From a virus, in the IMG/VR virus record IMGVR_UViG_3300035670_000112, positions 1 to 64,000 of that record: a stretch of 64,000 nt of DNA; one strand, written 5' to 3'. A program made the position numbers and the translations under genes. The notes beneath the pieces are model-generated. The model was not told the DNA's origin. It saw only the letters and a list, made by a program, of their open reading frames with translations, and made no database searches. Below are positions 1 to 9,039 of the stretch, in pieces (position 1 is the first letter of the stretch; the number at the start of each line of letters is the position of its first letter).

Positions 1-2124
1 CCTGTCATAGTTGCCCACATTGGGGTCGTATGCTATCAGCTCCTTCACGAGTCCGTATGAACTCAATGTGGTATAATTCCTCTCTCCTTCCCCCTTCCCG
101 TACGCCTGCTCCATCAGGTACGATCTGATGAGACTGTTCCTCCAACCGTTCACGGCCTTCGTGGTATGGGTACCCTTCGCAGCATTCCCGTAACCGTTCC
201 TGCGGGTCATCTGCATGTCCTTGAGTATCCCTGGGGTATCAGCAAGCATATAGAGTGCATTTATACGGTCGAAGTACTGGAACATCCCCTTCTTGTTGTT
301 CTCGTAGTTGCACCTTGCATTGTAATACCGCATCAACCTGTAGCAGGTCTCATAGTACTCCTCAGCGGTACGTGGACGACCAGTGTACTCCGCAACTATC
401 CTGCCTGTCAGACGGTTCATTATGAATATGCTCCCCAATGAGGGACCTGTCGACATGTCATCGTCATACGGGTCGGCACCTGCTATGTAAAGACCTGACT
501 GCACACCGTCATTCGTCTTCAGAGGATGTTCGAATATCTCCACACACCCCTCAAGATCCCTCACGTCCATTATGGGGAACTGTCTTATCGGAGGAACGTC
601 ACTGAGCTGCCACTCTATCTTCCCATCCCTTGTGAACAGCTTCACCTTCCATGATATGGCATCATACCTCTTCGGATTGGTCTCCATCTCTGAGAGATGT
701 ATCTTCAGGTCCTCCACATTGAACAGATGGCCCTCCCTTCTCATCATCGCCTCCTGAGGAGTGATCGATCGGTCCGCCTTCTCCTGTACGAGTGCATTCG
801 GATCGTTCGTATTGGACGATACCACCTTCCTCTCGGTGAACACCTGTACAAGTGCCTCTATGACATCGGAGTTGCCATCACTGTCGTAACAGCCCTCACG
901 GTTCATGTACTCCCCACAGTAATAACCGCACAGTGTCCCTACGGGGGAGTTGCGGTCGAACACGTTCCTGATACCGTATATCCTGTATGCACTGGGATTC
1001 GAGAACAGTTCCCTCATACCCTCGAAATCCGCACCTTCGGTACCTCCAGTACCCCACGTGACTATCGTTCCGAAAGTACTGTTGCCCTGCTCCACAGAAG
1101 GTCTTGCGATCGCATACGCCTTCTTCAGATGAGGGAATTTACCAGCCTCCTCGAAGAGCAGCAGCTTTCCGCGCTTTCCCCTCGCCTTCTCAGGTTCACC
1201 CTTGGTGGTCACCCCTATTATCTCGCTCCGCATACCCTTCTCAGTGCGTGTACGCGGATCCCTGTAGGATGCCTTCTTGTGCATCTTGGTGTCCGCATAG
1301 TCCCTTGATTTCCTCCATGGGGTGTGATTGTCCACGAAGTTCAGTACGTCCCATGCCTTGTTGAGGATACCGTCACCCATGAGGTAATCTCCCTCGGATG
1401 CTATGGCGAACGACTTGCTGTTCTTGAAATGATAATAGTTCCTCGATCCCATGCTGCCCCCCTTGAAGGAGTATCCCCTACCCCTCGTCTTGAGACACAC
1501 CGCATGGCTGCCTCTCATCTCAGCCTGTTCGACATAATGGAACCACAGATAGTCGCTGTCCCATACACGTGGGAAATCCTCTATACGGTCAGCCTTGACA
1601 GACCGTGTGACCTGCTGCTCCACCTCATATGTGTCAGCGGATGAGAACCCCTCCACCATCGGCATCAGTCCGTCAACGGTCCTGTTCTCAGTCAGAAGTA
1701 TGGGACAGTAGTTCAGATACCAATAGTAATAACCTGGTATCCACTCACCGTCAGAAGGCCTTACAAGTCCCTCCCTGCATCTTCTCTGCTCCTCCTTCCA
1801 GAACTGCATGTACCTCGATGAGGGATGTCTGTTCGGTATCATATCACAGTATACCCCGTTCCTCTTGAAATAAAGTGCCCTCTCCCTGAAGAAATCCATG
1901 TCTTCAAGAAGATGCGGTTCAGTGATGTTCACAATGATCCTCCCATTGACATCCCTTCTGAGATCGCATGCCCTTCTCCTTCCTCTCTTCACCAGATTGA
2001 ATATGAAGGGTATCTCGGATATCGCACCGATCACATCGGCACGTACATCCTCATCCTCTATCATGTTGACCCTCATACTGTGATCGAACATGATGCTATC
2101 AAGAATACCCTTCTCCTGCTCCAT
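1..2124 (-). CDS. terL: Terminase large subunit, crAss-like (3' end lies beyond the left edge of the window)
   Basis: Not in the ORF track because it has no stop in the window. Hand translation of the 5' part from ATG 2124: MEQEKGILDS...FWKEEQRRCREGLVRPSDGEWIPGYYYWYLNYCPI...LKTRGRGYSFKGG (Walker A-like), typical of crAss-like terminases. The start overlaps the upstream TGA. Confidence 0.88.
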   Translation of the reverse strand, partial: MEQEKGILDSIMFDHSMRVNMIEDEDVRADVIGAISEIPFIFNLVKRGRRRACDLRRDVNGRIIVNITEPHLLEDMDFFRERALYFKRNGVYCDMIPNRHPSSRYMQFWKEEQRRCREGLVRPSDGEWIPGYYYWYLNYCPILLTENRTVDGLMPMVEGFSSADTYEVEQQVTRSVKADRIEDFPRVWDSDYLWFHYVEQAEMRGSHAVCLKTRGRGYSFKGGSMGSRNYYHFKNSKSFAIASEGDYLMGDGILNKAWDVLNFVDNHTPWRKSRDYADTKMHKKASYRDPRTRTEKGMRSEIIGVTTKGEPEKARGKRGKLLLFEEAGKFPHLKKAYAIARPSVEQGNSTFGTIVTWGTGGTEGADFEGMRELFSNPSAYRIYGIRNVFDRNSPVGTLCGYYCGEYMNREGCYDSDGNSDVIEALVQVFTERKVVSSNTNDPNALVQEKADRSITPQEAMMRREGHLFNVEDLKIHLSEMETNPKRYDAISWKVKLFTRDGKIEWQLSDVPPIRQFPIMDVRDLEGCVEIFEHPLKTNDGVQSGLYIAGADPYDDDMSTGPSLGSIFIMNRLTGRIVAEYTGRPRTAEEYYETCYRLMRYYNARCNYENNKKGMFQYFDRINALYMLADTPGILKDMQMTRRNGYGNAAKGTHTTKAVNGWRNSLIRSYLMEQAYGKGEGERNYTTLSSYGLVKELIAYDPNVGNYDR

Positions 2125-2684
2125 CAGTCTGGATTCATATCCTCATCCTCGAATTCAGCCTTCTCCCTTCCTCCTCTCAGAGCAAGACTCTCAGCTATCT
2201 CGAACTCCACGAGCCTCTGTGTCTCCTGAAGGCTCTTGATGGTTGTCGGAAGCCTGTTCAACATCTCCTGCACCTTCTTGGCATCATGCACCACTGCTCC
2301 CTTGTCATTCCGTTCATTGAGATCCACTGTCAATAGGAAATTGTCCAACTTCCTCTGTGCCTCCCATGCACTGTCAAGACTGTCCATCGAACGTGTACGG
2401 CTCAACTCCTTATACTTTCTCAGGCACTTCTCAGTGATACCGTCAGGCTCCCACCCTCTGATATCACCCATCAGGTCATTCCTCACCTGAGACTCCCTCT
2501 CGCCATCTGACAGCCTTATATAGGGCGACCTCATATCGACCATGAAGAATATGTAGGACAGCTCTGCGAACAGAGCATCCTTCCTCTTACGTGCAGCAAC
2601 AAGCTGTTTGAACTCATCCACCAACAGTACCTGTGGTGCGATGACCAGCCTGCCGTCATCATCCATCTCAAAAAGATGCTTCAT
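2124..2684 (-). CDS. Conserved protein upstream of terL, putative terminase small subunit
   Basis: 186-aa helical ORF translationally coupled to terL (TGATG overlap); function inferred from position only. Confidence 0.55.
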   Translation of the reverse strand: MKHLFEMDDDGRLVIAPQVLLVDEFKQLVAARKRKDALFAELSYIFFMVDMRSPYIRLSDGERESQVRNDLMGDIRGWEPDGITEKCLRKYKELSRTRSMDSLDSAWEAQRKLDNFLLTVDLNERNDKGAVVHDAKKVQEMLNRLPTTIKSLQETQRLVEFEIAESLALRGGREKAEFEDEDMNPD

Positions 2685-3121
2685 TCCTGCACTATACGAT
2701 TGCCGTCACTGTCGAACTCGTGCTCGTAGCCCTCACTCACCTTCGCCTTCAGTGCCTTCATCTTCCCGAATCTCACATAGTCCGTAAGGTCCCTTACGAT
2801 CGAAGTGTCCGATCCTACGATATCATCAAGGTCAGGCTGCTCATCAAAGAGCACTGCAATGTCATACTCCTGTATCAGATGGTACATCTCACCATCATGT
2901 ATCACTGCCGCTGGTGTGCAGTTCGTGTTCAACAGTCCCCACTGTCCCACCTTCGCATGCTTCACGTCTGGACCTACTGCCATCAGTTCGACACAGGGCA
3001 CCACATCACGCTTACGCTTGATGTCCACTATCACACCTCCCTTTGTCGTCTCAGGCTTCAGATACGCCTTCGTGATCACTTTCGACCCCATCGGGGTCAC
3101 TCCCTTCAATCTCTCCTTCAT
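2681..3121 (-). CDS. groES: GroES/Cpn10-like co-chaperonin
   Basis: TPMGSKVI...ETTKGGVIV...MAVGPDVKHAKVG...LIQEYDI follows the Cpn10 pattern (P-x-G-x-x-V, TKGG mobile loop, AVGP, VG). Confidence 0.75.
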   Translation of the reverse strand: MKERLKGVTPMGSKVITKAYLKPETTKGGVIVDIKRKRDVVPCVELMAVGPDVKHAKVGQWGLLNTNCTPAAVIHDGEMYHLIQEYDIAVLFDEQPDLDDIVGSDTSIVRDLTDYVRFGKMKALKAKVSEGYEHEFDSDGNRIVQE

Positions 3122-3407
3122 TCCGTCTCATGTACTGTGCAATGAATGCCTCCATCGCCTCTCTGTTATCAACCGTATTCACAAGCCCTTTGCTCATACC
3201 CTTGAAAGGGTACGGATCCCATGACAGTCTACCTTTCTTGAATCTCTTCAACAGTCGGTCCGCCATACTCCTTCTGAGCCTGTACTCCTCGAAGGTCTCC
3301 CCTTCATCCGCGAGTCTTGCCGACACGCTACTGACGAACAGTCGCACCCCGTCCTTCTCAAAGTACGGTATGCCACTGTCTGTCATCCTATGCTCCCCAT
3401 CTGTCAT
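3051..3407 (-). CDS. Hypothetical protein
   Basis: Open frame in the minus-strand gene run; start uncertain (track start 3464). Confidence 0.5.
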   Translation of the reverse strand: MTDGEHRMTDSGIPYFEKDGVRLFVSSVSARLADEGETFEEYRLRRSMADRLLKRFKKGRLSWDPYPFKGMSKGLVNTVDNREAMEAFIAQYMRRNEGEIEGSDPDGVESDHEGVSEA

Positions 3408-3606
3408 TGCTCTCCCCGATATCATCATTACTGAACGGTCCCTTGAAAGGGATGACCACATCATCCTCCTTCATTCCCTTTCTCTGACCGTCCTTCTTAT
3501 CCTTTATGAACTTCCGTATGGCAGCAGCACCCTCGATGACATCATCAAGCTCACCGTTCCTGTACACGTTCAATATGAACTGTTCATTCCTCATCATCTC
3601 TTCCAT
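3388..3606 (-). CDS. Hypothetical protein
   Basis: 72-aa ORF overlapping its neighbours in a tightly packed operon. Confidence 0.55.
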   Translation of the reverse strand: MEEMMRNEQFILNVYRNGELDDVIEGAAAIRKFIKDKKDGQRKGMKEDDVVIPFKGPFSNDDIGESNDRWGA

Positions 3607-3827
3607 TTTGATCCTCCTTTGCTCTCAGGGTTCGGACAGTCCGACAGTGAACTCCTCGTCTTTGCAGCAAGTGGACATCCGCACTGTCCGCAGATCAGAA
3701 CACCCATGGCATTCCTCATATCACTGCATGTGATGCATATCTCCGCCCTTCTCAGAGCCTCCTTCTCATTCACAGGGTCCTTCATGACATATCTTGTCCA
3801 CCCCTCAACTATCGCCCTTACATCCAT
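3594..3827 (-). CDS. Small Cys-rich zinc-binding protein
   Basis: RRAEICITC...ICGQCGCPLAAKTRSSLSDCP; a CxxC/CxxCGC pattern seen in crAss-like phage small proteins. Confidence 0.7.
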   Translation of the reverse strand: MDVRAIVEGWTRYVMKDPVNEKEALRRAEICITCSDMRNAMGVLICGQCGCPLAAKTRSSLSDCPNPESKGGSKWKR

Positions 3828-4053
3828 CCTTCCTACTGTTCATGTACAGCATCTCTGCGAATCTCGGTACGAACTTCCCGAGACCTCTCATATATACCAC
3901 CTTGAAGGTTCCCACATCGTTCCTATCAGATTCCGACATCACCTTCTTAAGCACCTGGAACTGATTCTTCCAGGCCTTCTCAAGCACATAGGACGGTATA
4001 CCGTACCTGGATGCTATCTCATCTATGAGCTCAGACCTCCGATCCGACCTCAT
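3805..4053 (-). CDS. HU/IHF-like DNA-binding protein
   Basis: ELIDEIASRYGI...VVYMRGLGKF resembles the HU/IHF helix plus V-x-L-x-G-x-G-x-F arm. Confidence 0.6.
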   Translation of the reverse strand: MRSDRRSELIDEIASRYGIPSYVLEKAWKNQFQVLKKVMSESDRNDVGTFKVVYMRGLGKFVPRFAEMLYMNSRKDGCKGDS

Positions 4054-4429
4054 CCTTCACCTTGAAACTGAACACTATCGCATTCATCTTCCCTGGATAC
4101 AGCCTCAATGCCCTGTGCAGATAATTGTCTGCATCCATCAGTCTGTGTCTCCTGAGAGCAGTGAGACAGTTCGCAAAACCAGCATCACTCATCTTCAACG
4201 CTTCCGCCATCTCCCTCTTACTCTCATAGGAGAACAAGGCTCTCCACTTCTTGGGATCCTCAGGGTCCCTGTAATCCTTGGCAAGCAGGCTGTTCCTGTA
4301 CATCACCTCGGCAAGTACCTGACGTTCCTGTCTTCTCAACCTGTCTATCGGGGACTGAACGGTCATAAGCTCCACATACATCGTAAAGAACGATCTCTCA
4401 GTACCCTTCAACTCATATCTCCTCTCCAT
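4031..4429 (-). CDS. Putative winged-helix DNA-binding protein
   Basis: LRRQERQVLAE...KREMAEALKMSDAGFANCLTALRRHRLM is HTH-like. Start moved to ATG 4429 because a promoter occupies 4447-4478. Confidence 0.6.
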   Translation of the reverse strand: MERRYELKGTERSFFTMYVELMTVQSPIDRLRRQERQVLAEVMYRNSLLAKDYRDPEDPKKWRALFSYESKREMAEALKMSDAGFANCLTALRRHRLMDADNYLHRALRLYPGKMNAIVFSFKVKDEVGSEV

Positions 4430-4446
4430 CCGCTCTGCTCTCCCTG

Positions 4447-4478
4447 CAAATATACGAACCAATAACACACTCTGTCAA
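4447..4478 (-). promoter_or_regulatory. Promoter TTGACA-N18-TATATTTG
   Basis: Minus strand TTGACA (4478-4473), 18 nt, TATATTTG (4454-4447), matching the Bacteroidota -7 TAnnTTTG. Same arrangement at 5018-5048 and 63163-63193. Confidence 0.7.
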
Positions 4479-4504
4479 TCAATCTCACAGAAAATATTAA
4501 AAAC

Positions 4505-4798
4505 TCATATGAATCTCTCATCGTCCTCCCCTACGACATCATCCTGACGGTCCCTATCACCATAATATACATCCATACATCTCTCATGGAACTGCTCCCC
4601 TATGGCAGTCTCCACATCTACATCCTTCCCCTCCTCTATCGGATAGTACCCTGTAAGCTCCACCGATACGAACTCATCTTCCGTATTGAGCACATGTGTG
4701 AACAGTAACACCTTCACAACCCTCACACCGTCAACAACGGACTCACTCCTCTCGAACTTAATCTCAGGATACTGGTATGCCACGCCTTCCTCTCCCAT
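4505..4798 (-). CDS. Hypothetical acidic protein
   Basis: ORF 4505..4834 in the track; the likely start is MGEEGVAYQ at about 4798. Confidence 0.55.
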   Translation of the reverse strand: MGEEGVAYQYPEIKFERSESVVDGVRVVKVLLFTHVLNTEDEFVSVELTGYYPIEEGKDVDVETAIGEQFHERCMDVYYGDRDRQDDVVGEDDERFI

Positions 4799-4832
4799 TT
4801 TTTTTGCGTTTTGAACTTCACCTCGTAAAAAC

Positions 4833-5017
4833 ACTCGCTTCTGCGAGTCAAAAACTCAGACCTTGTACCTACATCGGAGTTTGTTGAGTATATCAATATC
4901 TACCCGATCCAACAGGAGTGGTCACCTGAAGTTCCAACTGAGACCTGTATACCGTCCCTTTGATCAGCCTTACGGGGCTACGCAGTCTCAGAAACTGCAT
5001 TCTCAATAGGAACGGTA
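4833..5017 (-). ncRNA. Candidate structured RNA / leader downstream of promoter
   Basis: Nested stems on the minus strand: ACCGTTCC/GGGACGGT enclosing GCAGT/ACTGC and AGCC/GGCT, then ATCGGG/CTCCGAT and CTCGC-AGAA-GCGAG. Confidence 0.4.
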
Positions 5018-5048
5018 CAAATATACAACACGAAAACCCGTATGTCAA
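5018..5048 (-). promoter_or_regulatory. Promoter TTGACA-N17-TATATTTG
   Basis: Minus strand TTGACA (5048-5043), 17 nt, TATATTTG (5025-5018); heads the leftward operon. Confidence 0.72.
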
Positions 5049-5191
5049 GTGTCGGGCAAAAAAAAATCAAAAAAAAATTTTTTTCATATAGGCGGGTGGT
5101 TACCACCGTGACATAAAGCCCCTACTCGAGTAAGGCATCTGGAAAGTCCCCCCAGGTGTCCGAACGTAAACGGGGACATATACCTAATATC

Positions 5192-5467
5192 ATGGAAAAC
5201 ACACTGGAATTCATTGACCGCCTCAGCATGTCTGAAGCAAAGAAAGTCCTTGGGGTCGACAGCATCGCTCTCAAGAAGAACCCTCACACTGGAAAGCTGT
5301 TCGCAGTCAATTCCGTTGGCAAGCAGATCGAGGGTCTCGTTGTCTCCACCAAATTCAACGTTGACGCAGAGGACGTTTGCATCAGCGAGGTCGAGGGTAC
5401 CAACGGTCGCTTCTACCTGCTTCACGAGCAGAAGGAGGGAAGATTGCCTGCCTTGAGAACCTTCTAA
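5192..5467 (+). CDS. Hypothetical protein, first rightward gene
   Basis: MENTLEFIDRLS...; followed by terminator-like hairpins. Confidence 0.6.
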   Translation: MENTLEFIDRLSMSEAKKVLGVDSIALKKNPHTGKLFAVNSVGKQIEGLVVSTKFNVDAEDVCISEVEGTNGRFYLLHEQKEGRLPALRTF

Positions 5468-5496
5468 GGTTCCTCAGGGGGGCAACCCCCTTTGTT
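5452..5496 (+). terminator. Hairpins / intrinsic terminator after ORF 5467
   Basis: GAACCTTCTAAGGTTC, then GGGGG-CAA-CCCCTTTGTT. Confidence 0.5.
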
Positions 5497-6014
5497 CCCG
5501 TCTTTCCTTGTGTACGACACATGTACGATGTGTACTACACTGATAGACAGGCAGTTGAGGATACGCAGGTGTGCTTTATATGTATGTTTGACGTGCATAA
5601 AAACCCACACCCTGCGTATACCTCATCTTTACATCACCAGTATACACACCTCATGTATACTTTAATATATGGACCTTTCCACACACACCAAGTGAACAGG
5701 TGTACCGTTGTTCACACCACAATATGTCTCCGACCATGAGAACATTTGTCATCATCAACGGGGTTGTCACCCTTGTTGAGTACATCATCAACGCTAACGC
5801 ATAGTTAGTGTACAGTATTTTGGTCGGTCGCACTCCTCTTCGGAGGGTGTGACCTTCTTTAAATCCTCTGAACCAATGAAGAGGTGAAGGCATTCACATT
5901 GTCTTCAAGATCTTATGGGAAGAGATGAGTAAGTGATAGACTCTCTTCCCTATGTTAATGCACCATTCTCACGTGGATATGAAGACTTCTGAGAGACAAC
6001 CAGCTCAAGAGAGA

Positions 6015-6207
6015 CTGCACTCAACTCAGATGTGAAACCACCTGATTAATAAAGTGAACTCTATGTGGTAAGCAGAGTTTAATGCAGCCTTGGTCTAATT
6101 GCCAAAATGCAGCTTATTAGTAGGACGCTGAAACATGCACAATAACTATTAATTGGAAGGGAATACTTAAATAGCATCAGAAACAGAGCTATTACAACTG
6201 AGTGCAG
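6015..6207 (+). ncRNA. Candidate multi-stem structured RNA
   Basis: Perfect 9-bp closing stem CTGCACTCA (6015-6023)/TGAGTGCAG (6199-6207), with internal stems TCAG/CTGA, AACTCT/AGAGTT and ATAGC/GCTAT; no ORF. Confidence 0.4.
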
Positions 6208-6279
6208 AGGGATTATCGGATTGAAGGTTAAGCAATAGACCTATGAACTTATTGCATCATTCATAATATCAATAGTACA

Positions 6280-6504
6280 ATGAGATACTACATCTTTGAT
6301 TTTCTGTTCATCTGTTCAATGCCACTTGTGCTTCTTGTATCGGTATGGACATTCTGTCTGTTCCAATTCGATATACTGTGGGTGACATCATCATCCCCGT
6401 ACATCATGATACAGGCACTTTTCACATTGTTCGCACCTTTCGTAATGTTCTCAGCTTCCTGCCCTGAACATACGATCATTTACAGGGCTCTTCACGATAA
6501 ATAG
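6280..6504 (+). CDS. Small membrane protein
   Basis: 74-aa ORF with two hydrophobic segments. Confidence 0.5.
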   Translation: MRYYIFDFLFICSMPLVLLVSVWTFCLFQFDILWVTSSSPYIMIQALFTLFAPFVMFSASCPEHTIIYRALHDK

Positions 6505-6954
6505 GATCGTTCCCTATTGACCACATCTGGAGAGCAGTGCTGCATGTGCACACCATGCATCATATATTTCAATGTGTGCCGTCACCACTGACGGAAGTAG
6601 ACCATTCAGCAATACTGCAAGAGGAACGGGCTTGCATATGAACCCGATGACATCATAAGTGAGGTCATCAGGGCTATATCCATAGGGGAGTGGTACCCTA
6701 TGGATGAATTTTTTTTTACCAGTAATCACGTGATCACTAACCTTTTAATACATTTGTAATGTGGAGATTTCATCAGACGATCCAGATCATCCCTACAATA
6801 TCTATTGTAGTGGAGGAGAGTACACCTTATATCATCGTGTTCTTTCCTATTTTCGGAGCATTGGAATATCGGTTCTTGTAAGCATCGCACTCATACAGCA
6901 CATCATCAATATCATGATGTTGCTGTATTGGCATGTGGTATAATGCCCTTCTTC

Positions 6955-6985
6955 ACATCCCAGGTCCTAAAAAGACCTGGGATGT
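6955..6985. repeat. Perfect 12-bp inverted repeat (hairpin)
   Basis: ACATCCCAGGTC-CTAAAAA-GACCTGGGATGT. Confidence 0.8.
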
Positions 6986-7741
6986 TTCCAATCAAGTGGC
7001 AACACATTGGTTGAAAGAGTAAAGCAACAAGTTGTACAGATAGTAACAATCAGATGCTGCAGCATCCAACCACACAGGAGAGTGTAAACTATAATGATAT
7101 GTACAAAGAAAGAAAGACAATTTGTTGAAATTCACCTGAGAACAATAGACGGTCATCCACTAAAGGTGTGTCCCTGAAGTTGACGATCTTCTTCAAACCC
7201 CTGATGATAGTTCTAGCCAAAGAGCGTTGTCTGTTGTTCTGTGTGGAGCAACTGTGGCACTAACGGGTAGTTAGGTCAAGAATGTACCGTTCGATTCGGT
7301 TGTTGTGATGAAGCATCCAGAGATGGCAATCTGGCAGGTGATAATTTATTGAGAGAGTTACAACAGGTGAAGGTTGTATTTACAGAGTAAGAGTCCTGAC
7401 AGCGATGCTTAGGATGCTATCAGCAATAAATGCCTTTGTAATGAAGGAGTTGAATAGTTGACATGCTGCTCTGATCTCTCATCTTATTGTTCCCGTCCAA
7501 TTGCAGGCTTGGTTAGTTCCCAAGAGACTGTCAATGCTTAATAGTTGCAGGACACAGCATTCAAGGTGCAACCTTGCGGGAACATATTCTATTGAGAGAG
7601 TGGACACACACGTGTATCAGCTAATGACCATAATGACCACATTAAGAGAATGTGGGTGGAAGACACGAAGCTCTCTCATCTTATTGAAACCGTTCTGATT
7701 CATTACAGACATTGGAGTGGACAGAATGGTTTCTTTTTTAC

Positions 7742-7884
7742 AGTCAGGTGGCGGAATGGCAGACGCAGAAGTTAGAAGAGAGAGATTATCAATGTTGGTT
7801 AGTGGATTGATTACCTTATCTAATGGATTAAATAACTTACACCAACTATTATAGGTTATACAGGTTCGAATCCTGTCCTGATTA
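7742..7884 (+). ncRNA. tRNA-like element (Leu-type D arm and T arm) with a ~93-nt insert replacing the anticodon/variable arms
   Basis: Acceptor stem AGTCAGG/CCTGATT, then TGGCGGAATGGCAGACGC (D arm) and T arm ACAGG-TTCGAAT-CCTGT; no normal anticodon arm and no encoded CCA. Confidence 0.65.
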
Positions 7885-7973
7885 CAGTGAGGTTGCAGAA
7901 AGGTAAGACGTGGCACATTCGGCCACGGATCGTTATGGATCAATTGAGCAGAAGTAAAGTTTAAAACCCATTT

Positions 7974-8183
7974 GTGATGAGATCAGAAGAAGAAATTAAG
8001 GCTCGATTACTTGAGCTGTTTTTAGCCCGTGAAAAATTTGAACGCTTAACTACGGAAGCAGATAATGGATGCCCTAACAAAAAGATGTTATGGTTGGCCA
8101 AACAAACTGGCGTTGGTGTTTATAGCGGTCAAATTGACCTACTTAAATGGGTTTTAAACGATTCTGCGCCCGAAGGCAATTGA
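7974..8183 (+). CDS. Cassette 1 hypothetical protein
   Basis: 69-aa ORF whose stop abuts attC-like site 1. Confidence 0.65.
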   Translation: MMRSEEEIKARLLELFLAREKFERLTTEADNGCPNKKMLWLAKQTGVGVYSGQIDLLKWVLNDSAPEGN

Positions 8184-8266
8184 TCCCAACGGTTGGCGGC
8201 TTTGTGTCAGGCTGCGAAGCGTTGGCATTGAGCGGTCGGGCAGCTTGCACAAAACCGCTGTTATAG
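8184..8266 (+). repeat. attC-like site 1
   Basis: TCCCAAC-G-GTTG-GCGGCTTTGTGTCAGGCTGC ... GCAGCTTGCACAAAACCGC-T-GTTATAG. Confidence 0.75.
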
Positions 8267-8302
8267 CCAGTAGCGGTTTATTAACGATAAAAACTAATTA
8301 AA

Positions 8303-8500
8303 ATGGGAGGGTTAGCAAGAATTTGTAAAATGTATGGCTCAATGGAAGTGAGTGATGCAAATGGTAAAAAAGTAACTTGGCTTTGGGATTATGTAAATGA
8401 CAAACCAAGACTAAAAACAGAAATGACCAAAGAAGAAATAATGGCAAGTGAAAAAGCCAAGTGGATGGCTGTGAAATCTCAATTAGATGCAGAAAAGTAG
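8303..8500 (+). CDS. Cassette 2 hypothetical protein
   Basis: 65-aa ORF with an AT-rich leader; stop just before site 2. Confidence 0.7.
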   Translation: MGGLARICKMYGSMEVSDANGKKVTWLWDYVNDKPRLKTEMTKEEIMASEKAKWMAVKSQLDAEK

Positions 8501-8506
8501 CATTGC

Positions 8507-8637
8507 GCACAACGGTCGGGCATAAGAGAAGTGCCGAAATTAGAAGTACAAATTATGAATTTAAAACGAAAGTAAATATGAAACACAGAACATCAATTTT
8601 AGTAGGAACTCGGCATTTCTTTTATGCCTTGTTAGCG
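8507..8637 (+). repeat. attC-like site 2
   Basis: GCACAAC-GGTC-GGGCATAAGAGAAGTGCCGA ... TCGGCATTTCTTTTATGCCT-T-GTTAGCG. Confidence 0.8.
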
Positions 8638-8886
8638 GTTGTTATTTTATCAGGTTGCGGAAAATCGGTCAATGAAAAAAACTTTGATATAAGTATGCAA
8701 AAAATAAATGGCGAATGGATACGTGCAACATATTCGCTACCAGAAGACGCATATTTTTTCATTGACACTCACAGAGGTAGTTATTCATTACGATACGATA
8801 GAAGTGGTGCTAATTGGTTCACAAAATCAAGAAGTGGAATTACTGTTAGAAACGGAATTATTGATTATCGGATTAATAACCGCTAA
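8578..8886 (+). CDS. Cassette 3 putative lipoprotein
   Basis: MKHRTSILVGTRHFFYALLAVVILSGC has a lipobox (LSGC). The ATG lies in the loop of site 2 and the TAA lies inside CGCTAAC of site 3. Confidence 0.65.
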   Translation: MKHRTSILVGTRHFFYALLAVVILSGCGKSVNEKNFDISMQKINGEWIRATYSLPEDAYFFIDTHRGSYSLRYDRSGANWFTKSRSGITVRNGIIDYRINNR

Positions 8887-9013
8887 CGTGTCGGTGCTAT
8901 ACGATGTGGCGGATTTTCAGCACGAAAGTCCAATACGAAGCACCACAGTTGAATTAAGTAAAAATGTTTAACCGAAGCACGTCAGCCGCCATATTGTATA
9001 GCACATGTTAGCG
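8881..9013 (+). repeat. attC-like site 3
   Basis: CGCTAAC-GTGTCG-GTGCTATACGATGTGGCGG ... CCGCCATATTGTATAGCAC-AT-GTTAGCG. Confidence 0.82.
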
Positions 9014-9039
9014 GTTCGGGCTTCACAAATCAAAATAAA

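Noticed and set aside
166-4465. Many plus-strand ORFs (e.g. 697-1308, 3130-4065)
   Set aside because: Antisense shadows of the minus-strand terminase operon; no motifs and unnatural composition.
7286-7300. T-loop-like hairpin ACCG-TTCGATT-CGGT
   Set aside because: No convincing acceptor, D or anticodon arms around it, so it is not called a tRNA.
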